This document shows positions 6,856 through 12,591 of a stretch of 12,591 nt of DNA, in pieces. The notes under the pieces are model-generated. The model worked only from the letters and a program-made list of their open reading frames with translations. It did no database searches and was not told where the DNA came from. Every line of letters begins with the position of its first letter. Position 1 is the stretch's first letter. The translations under genes and the position numbers were made by a program. This stretch comes from a virus. The stretch lies in the UHGV virus genome UHGV-1346634; one strand, given 5' to 3'.

Positions 6856-7551
6856 ATGAAAGAGATGATTTCTGTCGATCATGAAATATCCATGAGTAGT
6901 CTGGATTTTCTGAATAACATTATTAACCCCATCCGGGTTGAGGCAGGGAAACCACCTCATGAACCGCGTAAGTTCCTTGCAAAAATTGAGGACGAACTTG
7001 AGCTTGAGGTAACCTGGAAAAAATTCCGGTTAAACAATAACCAGACAAGAACGGCATACTATGATCTGGATTTTGACCAGATGATGCTCGTTGGCATGAG
7101 AGAGTCAAAGGCCGTTCGTCGTTCTGTGCTGGCAAGGCTCAAAGCGATGCATGGTATTCAGATCCCCCAGACTTTACCTGAGGCGTTGCGATTTGCGGCA
7201 AAACTGGCAGAACAGAAAGCAGTGCTGGAAAATCAACTGGCAATAGCAGCGCCGAAGGCTGAATTTGTTGATAACTATGTTGAAGCATCTGGTCTGATGG
7301 GATTCCGGGAAGTTGCTAAGTTACTCGGTATCAAAGAAACCGATTTCCGGCTGTTTTTGTTGGAGAACGGAATAATGTATCGCCTCGCTGGAAAAATGAC
7401 GCCTTACTCGCATCACCTGGATGTGGGGCGGTTTAGCGTGAAAACGGGCGAGGCGGGCAATGGTCATGCTTTTACGCAGGTTAAATTCACCCCAAAAGGT
7501 GTTCAGTGGATTGCTGGTCTGCTTGCTGCATGGAGAGCTACCGCAGCATGA
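6856..7551 (+). CDS. ant: Phage antirepressor (KilAC-domain, Ant-like)
   Basis: 231 aa with RBS AAGGAA 6 nt before the ATG. C-terminal half has the KilAC/ANT-type pattern. An ant-like gene between R and Rz is a feature of 933W-type phages (from memory). Confidence 0.7.
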   Translation: MKEMISVDHEISMSSLDFLNNIINPIRVEAGKPPHEPRKFLAKIEDELELEVTWKKFRLNNNQTRTAYYDLDFDQMMLVGMRESKAVRRSVLARLKAMHGIQIPQTLPEALRFAAKLAEQKAVLENQLAIAAPKAEFVDNYVEASGLMGFREVAKLLGIKETDFRLFLLENGIMYRLAGKMTPYSHHLDVGRFSVKTGEAGNGHAFTQVKFTPKGVQWIAGLLAAWRATAA

Positions 7552-7643
7552 AGATGATAAAAATGGACTGGAAATTTTTGCTGGTCTGGCTGATTCCGTT
7601 TTTATGGGTGGTTGCCCGGTTAATTACTGCTATTAAGGGGTAA
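7548..7643 (+). CDS. Possible 31-aa hydrophobic peptide ([31 protein letters not shown])
   Basis: ATG overlaps the ant stop codon (ATGA). Single hydrophobic helix. Below the 60-aa cut-off of the ORF track. The region is T-rich, which inflates apparent hydrophobicity. Confidence 0.25.
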   Translation: MKMIKMDWKFLLVWLIPFLWVVARLITAIKG

Positions 7644-7645
7644 AG

Positions 7646-7777
7646 ATGTCAGACAAACTCATAATGCTGGCGAAGGGCCTTTGTGTAATCGTCGGTATTT
7701 CATTTTCACTAATGCTGGTTGTTCTTTTTCTTTCCATAACCTGGATGGCGTTGACTTCGGCAGGGGTGGTGGGGTGA
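7646..7777 (+). CDS. Possible 43-aa hydrophobic peptide ([43 protein letters not shown])
   Basis: Starts 2 nt after the previous small ORF; its stop TGA (7775-7777) overlaps the likely GTG start of Rz at 7774 (GTGA). Confidence 0.25.
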   Translation: MSDKLIMLAKGLCVIVGISFSLMLVVLFLSITWMALTSAGVVG

Positions 7778-8247
7778 GTATAAACCGAATGCTTTCCGCG
7801 TTTACCGTTATTCTGCTGGTGGTCTGTGGTGCGCTTAGTCTGGGGCTGAATCATTACCGCGATAACGCCATCACCTACAAAGCGCAGCGAGATAAAAAAG
7901 CCAGAGAGCTGGAGCTGGCAAACGCAACCATTACTGATATGCAGGTGCGCCAGCGCGATGTTGCTGCGCTCGATGCAAAATACTCGAGGGAATTAGCCGA
8001 TGCGAGAGCTGAAAATGAAACTCTTCGCGCTGACGTTGCCGCTGGTCGTAAGCGCCTGCGGCTCAACGCCACCTGCCCCGGTACCGTGCGTGAAGCCACC
8101 GGCACCTCCGGCGTGGATAATGCAACCGGCCCCCGACTGGCAGACACCGCTGAACGGGATTATTTCATCCTCAGAGAACGGTTGATGACAATGCAGAAGC
8201 AGCTGGAAGGGGCGCAGGAATATATCCGCACTCAGTGTATTAACTAG
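7774..8247 (+). CDS. Rz: Rz i-spanin
   Basis: Strong match to lambda Rz from memory ([62 protein letters not shown]). The track ORF from 7681 begins with TTG and over-extends; the likely start is GTG 7774 ([10 protein letters not shown]...) or ATG 7789. Confidence 0.85.
   Translation: MSINRMLSAFTVILLVVCGALSLGLNHYRDNAITYKAQRDKKARELELANATITDMQVRQRDVAALDAKYSRELADARAENETLRADVAAGRKRLRLNATCPGTVREATGTSGVDNATGPRLADTAERDYFILRERLMTMQKQLEGAQEYIRTQCIN
8000..8185 (+). CDS. Rz1: Rz1 o-spanin lipoprotein, embedded in the +1 frame of Rz
   Basis: 61 aa. Lipobox LVVSAC and the proline-rich motif [27 protein letters not shown], matching lambda Rz1 from memory. Fully nested inside Rz. Confidence 0.85.
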   Translation: MRELKMKLFALTLPLVVSACGSTPPAPVPCVKPPAPPAWIMQPAPDWQTPLNGIISSSENG

Positions 8248-8270
8248 TATTTTTGTTATCCGGAGAATGC

Positions 8271-8495
8271 ATGAAGAAATTACTGGTAACCGTAAAGCCT
8301 TTTCAGGGAACAATTCCGTTCCGTATTTTGCAGCGTGGTCGTGTTCTTGTTGAAGGTTCGTTCAGTGGTAAATGTACGCAATTACACTCCCGGACCTTTC
8401 AGGTGAATGCCACGAATGAAGAGCTAACCGTTGAGTGTACGATGAATGCCGCTAAATGCCGCATGGTATCCGCTGCATTACAGCCAGTGTGTTGA
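8271..8495 (+). CDS. Hypothetical 74-aa protein with four Cys
   Basis: ATG at 8271 preceded by GGAGA. The track ORF from 8253 begins with TTG. No recognisable family. Confidence 0.45.
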   Translation: MKKLLVTVKPFQGTIPFRILQRGRVLVEGSFSGKCTQLHSRTFQVNATNEELTVECTMNAAKCRMVSAALQPVC

Positions 8496-8802
8496 GCGAC
8501 CTTATTATCCATGCGCGGTATTGTCGCCGTATTCCTGCATTAACAGAGACCGCAGCCCGACAGGGAGACTCCTCTGCGCGAGTGTGCGGGGATAATCAAA
8601 AACGATACACACCGGGGTTTACCGCGTTAACGGAGCGCGGAGTTGTCCCCTCATGGTCGCTGCTCCGGTGCGATGGTGGAAGAAACCGGACGATGTGTTA
8701 CCTCGCAAGCTCTGTTATGTCATGTGTCTGATTTGTGATTTAAGTCGGATAATTGTCGTTGCCATTAAGCAGAGGATTGATGACCGACAGGGTGGCATTG
8801 TT

Positions 8803-8819
8803 AGAATAAGACTTATTCT
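8803..8819. promoter_or_regulatory. Perfect inverted repeat AGAATAAG-A-CTTATTCT upstream of the lipoprotein gene; possible operator overlapping a -10-like TAGAAT
   Basis: 8-bp arms with a 1-nt spacer, 15 nt before the first ATG of the lipoprotein. A possible -35 TTGATG at 8777-8782 lies 19 nt upstream of TAGAAT (8802-8807), which is a long spacer. Confidence 0.3.
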
Positions 8820-8833
8820 TATCTGTGCCGGGA

Positions 8834-9166
8834 ATGAAAATGAAAAGAAATCTTCCGTTAATTATTTTGTTGTCTTCTCTGGTTATGGGCTGTACGCAAC
8901 ATAAAACAGATATGCCCCGACAGTTGGTTAAGGCATTACCACAATATCCGGCCTATGCAGTGGCAAATTATATAAAGGGACGGGTTGATGTGAAGTTTGA
9001 TATTGGTGCTGATGGTACTGTCACCCGAATTGAGTTTATCCGTTCAGAGCCGCACCATCTGTTTGATGAGCAGGTTGTAAAGGCGATGGCAAAATGGCGA
9101 TTTGAGAAGGACAGGCCGCGTAAAGGCGTGAAGAAAACGTTTATCTTTAGTCCTTCTGCACCCTGA
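8834..9166 (+). CDS. Lipoprotein consisting of a TonB C-terminal-like domain
   Basis: Signal peptide with lipobox (MKMKRNLPLIILLSSLVMGC). The mature part aligns by eye to the E. coli TonB C-terminal domain: PQYPAYAVANYIKGRVDVKFDIGADGTVTRIEFIRSEP..FDEQVVKAMAKWRFE against TonB [53 protein letters not shown]. Alternative starts at 8825 (GTG) and 8840 (ATG). Confidence 0.7.
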   Translation: MKMKRNLPLIILLSSLVMGCTQHKTDMPRQLVKALPQYPAYAVANYIKGRVDVKFDIGADGTVTRIEFIRSEPHHLFDEQVVKAMAKWRFEKDRPRKGVKKTFIFSPSAP

Positions 9167-9297
9167 TTATTTCATCAGAAATTAATTATCACTCTGTTGT
9201 TATTCTGTACATCCCGGCTGGGTAAGTCTTGTTCCACCGGGTATGAAGATGAAATATTGTTGGAGGACAGTGGGTACCTGCTCCTGTAACCGAACGT

Positions 9298-9498
9298 TCA
9301 TTTCTCGTTATTTGTCATGCTGGCCGGACGCAGATGCGTTGCATCTGTTGCCAGCCTTCTCCTGCAGGCTTCAATAACCCACGCTGAAAAGTTACCGGAC
9401 CCTTTATGCTCAAGGGCTATGTTGATTTGTTCAATTATGTGATTGGGGAAACGGATATTGCGGGTTGTGGTTCTGCGGGTCCGGTTTTTCGATGACAT
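9298..9498 (-). CDS. Small DNA-binding protein, ribbon-helix-helix (Arc-like); possibly YlcI/YnfO family
   Basis: 66 aa on the minus strand with RBS AAGGA about 8 nt before the ATG. The segment NIRFPNHIIEQINIALEHKGSGNFSAWVIEACRRRL resembles the Arc beta-strand plus helices pattern. Position upstream of the terminase genes matches where ylcI/ynfO sit in K-12 cryptic prophages (from memory). Confidence 0.5.
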   Translation of the reverse strand: MSSKNRTRRTTTRNIRFPNHIIEQINIALEHKGSGNFSAWVIEACRRRLATDATHLRPASMTNNEK

Positions 9499-9518
9499 AT
9501 TTATTTCCTTTACTGATT

Positions 9519-9528
9519 GTCATATGAC
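9519..9528. promoter_or_regulatory. 10-bp palindrome GTCATATGAC in the 41-bp divergent region between the RHH gene and the HNH gene
   Basis: Perfect palindrome midway between the two divergent start codons; candidate operator. Confidence 0.3.
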
Positions 9529-9539
9529 GGGGATTTTAC

Positions 9540-9905
9540 ATGGCTGAGCTTCGTACACTCCAGAGCAGAATCAAAACACTGAATACCCGACGGGTGAATA
9601 TTCTGAAGGGCGAACAGCGTCGTGTCAGTGGCAGTGCACGTGTTTCCCTCAAGCGTCATATCTGGCTCAGGGACGCCGGGCAGTGCTGTCTCTGTGGTCG
9701 TGTGGTTGACCTCTGTGACAGTGAACTTGATCACCGAATTGCACTTCAGTTCGGTGGTGGTAATGAGGAGACGAATCTCTGGACGCTCTGTACCGAATGC
9801 CATCGACAAAAGTCTGCTCGTGAAGCGGCGGGTGGTATGCCGGACCCGACGCTGCCGGAGGTGTCCGGAGGTAGTGGCAGAGCGGACGACATCATCGGAC
9901 TGTAA
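9540..9905 (+). CDS. HNH homing-type endonuclease associated with the terminase
   Basis: 121 aa with Cys-x2-Cys ... H-x ... Cys-x2-C-H arrangement (CCLCGR ... DHRIALQFGG ... NLWTLCTECHRQK), located immediately upstream of cos/TerS as in HK97-like packaging modules. Confidence 0.8.
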   Translation: MAELRTLQSRIKTLNTRRVNILKGEQRRVSGSARVSLKRHIWLRDAGQCCLCGRVVDLCDSELDHRIALQFGGGNEETNLWTLCTECHRQKSAREAAGGMPDPTLPEVSGGSGRADDIIGL

Positions 9906-9996
9906 CCCGACCCGGGGGGGGATCATCCGGCGTAAAAAACGATCGCTCCGGACACCGCGCCCCCTCTCACGCAGAGAAAAAATTCCCGTTTCAGGG

Positions 9997-10120
9997 CAGT
10001 TAACATGTTAACTGGCTGCCCGGGCATTTTTGCGGTTTTTATCTTTATTATTCAGTTTGTTGTGCGGAAAAAATGTTAACTGGCTTTTTCAGCAAATGTT
10101 AACCAGGCAGCAGTTAACAT
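9997..10120. promoter_or_regulatory. cos-like packaging recognition region: five ATGTTAAC half-sites in both orientations
   Basis: 18-bp perfect palindrome CAGTTAACATGTTAACTG (9997-10014); ATGTTAAC again at 10073-10080 and 10096-10103; inverted copy GTTAACAT at 10113-10120; an AT-rich spacer between them. Lies between HNH and TerS. Confidence 0.45.
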
Positions 10121-10194
10121 TTACGGCATGAGACGCCGGGAAAAATGGGCTGAACCATACCCGGCTGAGTGCGTTCTGGACCCGGGAGGAGGCT

Positions 10195-10758
10195 GTGCTG
10201 ACAACGCAAAAACGAAAATTTGCGCTGGCGCTCATGTCCGGGAAAAACAAAACAGCGTCAGCCATTGCGGCAGGTTATTCGGCGAAGACGGCCAGAGTTA
10301 AAGGCTCGCAACTGGCAAAAGATCCGGAAGTGCTCGCGTTTATAGCCCGTAAGCAGTGCGAGACGGTAGAGGTGGATGAGGTTCCTGTTTACCGGCAGAA
10401 AAAATCAGAGCAGGAGGATAAACCCCGTCGCCGTGAGGCGGCTGCAATACCACAGCCGGACGAAACAAATCCGGAGATGCCACCGCCCGTGGTGATATCT
10501 CCTGGTATTGAGTATATGGAGGACGGTCTTCCCGATCCTGTGAAAGCGATGGGGCGTCTTCTGGTGGAGAACATTAATACCGACCCCAGGCTGGCGCTGG
10601 ATGCGGCTTATAAGCTGGCGCAGTTCACGCACCACAAAAAAGGGGATGCCGGTAAAAAATCGGCAAAAGGTGACGCGGCGAAAAAAGCGGCTAACCGTTT
10701 TGCGGTGCCACCACCACCCCGCCTGGTGGTGAATAATGATAATGAGGGCAACGGATGA
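10195..10758 (+). CDS. Terminase small subunit (P27-family type)
   Basis: 187 aa, GTG start after GGGAGGAGG. N-terminal pattern KRKFALALMSGKNKTASAIAAGYSAKTARVKGSQL is typical of this TerS family. Stop overlaps the TerL start (ATGA). Confidence 0.75.
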   Translation: MLTTQKRKFALALMSGKNKTASAIAAGYSAKTARVKGSQLAKDPEVLAFIARKQCETVEVDEVPVYRQKKSEQEDKPRRREAAAIPQPDETNPEMPPPVVISPGIEYMEDGLPDPVKAMGRLLVENINTDPRLALDAAYKLAQFTHHKKGDAGKKSAKGDAAKKAANRFAVPPPPRLVVNNDNEGNG

Positions 10759-12416
10759 TACCAGTGTGGAGCACGGCCTGCCCGGACTGGGCAGAGCGTC
10801 TGAAAAAGGGGCTGTCGATTATTCCGTCTCCGATTTACCCGGAGCAGGCCGCACATGCCCTGGCGATTTTTAAACAACTGCGGATTGTGGATGCACCGGG
10901 CAGCCCGACGTTCGGGGAGTCCTGTGCACCGTGGGTGTTTGACCTGGTGGCGGCCCTGTTTGGCTCCTACGATGCGCAGACCGGTGTACGCCATATCAAG
11001 GAAGTTTTTATCCTTATCCCCAAGAAAAACTCGAAGTCCACGCTGGCCGCGGGGATCATGATGACGGCGCTGTTACTGAACTGGCGGCAGGCGGCGGGCT
11101 ACACCATTCTGGCCCCGACCGTGGAGGTGGCGGCTAACGCCTTCAACCCTGCCAGGGATATGGTACGACGGGACGATGATCTGGATGACCTCTGTCAGGT
11201 GCAGACACATATCCGGACCATCACCCATCGGGTGACGGACACCACCCTTAAGGTGGTGGCTGCCGATCCGAATACGGTGTCCGGTATCAAGTCCGTGGGG
11301 ACGCTGATTGATGAACTGTGGTTATTTGGCAAGCAGTACAAAGCGGAGGACATGTTACGTGAAGCCATAGGCGGCCTTGCCTCCCGCCCGGAAGGGTTTG
11401 TGGTGTATACGACCACCCAGTCGAATGAACCGCCCGCCGGGGTGTTCAGACAGAAACTGCAGTACGCCCGGGATGTGCGCGACGGCAAAATTCATGATCC
11501 GCACTTTCTGCCGGTGATATTTGAACACCCTCCTGAAATGGTGGAAAGCGGGGCTCACCTGCTGATGGAAAACCTCGCCATGGTCAATCCGAATCTCGGT
11601 TATTCGGTGGATGAGGCTTTTCTGTACCGGGAGTACCGTAAAGCCCGGGAGGCTGGTGAGGAAGCATTTCGTGGCTTCATGTCAAAACACGCCAATGTGG
11701 AAATCGGTCTTGCCCTGCGTTCTGACCGCTGGGCGGGCGCGGATTTCTGGGAGCAGCAGGGCAGGCGCGTCAGCCTGGACGATATCCTGCAGCGCGCTGA
11801 TGTGGTGACGGTGGGGATTGACGGCGGGGGCCTGGATGATCTGCTGGGAATGTACGTGATTGGCCGTGACAGGGAAACCCGCGAATGGCTGGGCTGGGGC
11901 CATGCCTGGGCGCATGAAACCGCGGTGGTCAGACGGAAGAGTGAGGCATCCCGGTTTCAGGATTTTGTGGCCTGTGGAGACATGACGATTGTCCGTCGGG
12001 TCGGGGATGACACGGCGGAAGTGGCGGAGTATGTGCGTCGTATCCATGAGGCTGAGTTACTGGATCATATCGGTATTGACCCGTCAGGTGTGGGGCAGAT
12101 TCTGGATTCACTGGCAGAAGCCGGGATCCCCGACGGAATTGTTGTGGGGATAAGCCAGGGCTGGAAGCTGGGCGGGGCCATCAAAACCACCGAGCGCAAA
12201 CTGGCTGAGGGAGTGCTGGTGCATGGTGGTCAGCCACTGATGGCCTGGTGCGTTGGCAATGCCCGGGTGGAGCCTAAAGGTAACGCCATCCTTATTACCA
12301 AACAGGCCAGCGGACGGGGGAAAATTGACCCGCTGATGGCGCTGTTCAATGCGGTATCCCTGATGTCCCTGAATCCGGAGCCCAAAAAGAAAGAATATGC
12401 GGTTTATTTCATATAA
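10755..12416 (+). CDS. Terminase large subunit
   Basis: 553 aa, translationally coupled to TerS. Walker A-like region ILIPKKNSKST and overall composition typical of HK97-type large terminases. Confidence 0.8.
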   Translation: MIPVWSTACPDWAERLKKGLSIIPSPIYPEQAAHALAIFKQLRIVDAPGSPTFGESCAPWVFDLVAALFGSYDAQTGVRHIKEVFILIPKKNSKSTLAAGIMMTALLLNWRQAAGYTILAPTVEVAANAFNPARDMVRRDDDLDDLCQVQTHIRTITHRVTDTTLKVVAADPNTVSGIKSVGTLIDELWLFGKQYKAEDMLREAIGGLASRPEGFVVYTTTQSNEPPAGVFRQKLQYARDVRDGKIHDPHFLPVIFEHPPEMVESGAHLLMENLAMVNPNLGYSVDEAFLYREYRKAREAGEEAFRGFMSKHANVEIGLALRSDRWAGADFWEQQGRRVSLDDILQRADVVTVGIDGGGLDDLLGMYVIGRDRETREWLGWGHAWAHETAVVRRKSEASRFQDFVACGDMTIVRRVGDDTAEVAEYVRRIHEAELLDHIGIDPSGVGQILDSLAEAGIPDGIVVGISQGWKLGGAIKTTERKLAEGVLVHGGQPLMAWCVGNARVEPKGNAILITKQASGRGKIDPLMALFNAVSLMSLNPEPKKKEYAVYFI

Positions 12417-12441
12417 CCCTGTTCACCCTGTAACCATCATG

Positions 12442-12465
12442 GACCGCTGCGGCGGTTTTTTTATT
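12442..12465 (+). terminator. Weak terminator-like hairpin after TerL
   Basis: 5-bp stem ACCGC / GCGGT with loop TGCG, followed by a 7-T run. Confidence 0.3.
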
Positions 12466-12479
12466 TTCAGGAGGCTGAT

Positions 12480-12591
12480 GTGACTCTTAAACGGGCCTGC
12501 TCCCTGCTGACGGTGAAATCCTTCAGTGAGGATGAGCGGGTGATCACCGGGATTGCGTCAACGCCTTCTCCGGATCGGGATGGTGACATCC
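12480..12591 (+). CDS. Prohead protease (HK97 family), N-terminal fragment running off the window
   Basis: GTG start 5 nt after AGGAGG. The translation VTLKRACSLLTVKSFSEDERVITGIASTPSPDRDGDI fits the N-terminal pattern of HK97-type prohead proteases. Confidence 0.5.
   Translation, partial: MTLKRACSLLTVKSFSEDERVITGIASTPSPDRDGDI

Noticed and set aside
7681-7773. N-terminal extension of Rz from 7681 (188-aa ORF in the track)
   Set aside because: It begins with TTG, and the homology to lambda Rz starts only at about 7774-7789; the upstream part overlaps the small hydrophobic frame in another phase.
7815-7822. A single canonical Chi octamer GCTGGTGG on the + strand inside Rz
   Set aside because: One occurrence in 12.6 kb is within chance expectation for a Chi-rich host, so it is not reported as a feature.
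8456-8904. ORFs 8456-8731 (91 aa) and 8653-8904 (83 aa) in the gap before the lipoprotein gene
   Set aside because: They overlap each other and the lipoprotein start, lack an RBS and give Cys/Arg-rich low-complexity translations; the interval is more likely a regulatory leader.
10389-12111. Minus-strand and alternative-frame ORFs within TerS and TerL
   Set aside because: All nested inside two translationally coupled terminase genes with strong family signatures.

Overview
This window reads as the late-gene region of a lambdoid prophage of the 933W/P21 (Stx-converting phage) type in an E. coli-like genome, but with no Shiga toxin genes. Everything is on the + strand except one small regulator. 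Order: 3' end of a phage tRNA-Arg(UCU); a 311-aa amino-methyltransferase sitting where stxAB sits in Stx phages; about 1 kb of non-coding DNA holding a (GCTGGTC)x7 tandem repeat and two diverged ~230-bp direct repeats, each with two GC hairpins; a NanS-p-type sialate O-acetylesterase; two small ORFs; a lysis cassette (S21-like pinholin, an unrecognised 328-aa ORF, SAR endolysin, KilAC antirepressor, two tiny hydrophobic ORFs, Rz with embedded Rz1); an accessory block (74-aa Cys-containing ORF, a lipoprotein made of a TonB C-terminal domain, a minus-strand RHH-like regulator); then the packaging module (HNH endonuclease, a cos-like region with five ATGTTAAC half-sites, TerS, TerL, start of a prohead protease). 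The best candidates for something undescribed are the 328-aa ORF between holin and endolysin and the TonB-CTD lipoprotein, followed by the duplicated hairpin elements. All family calls come from reading the translations and from memory of reference proteins; no search or folding program was run.
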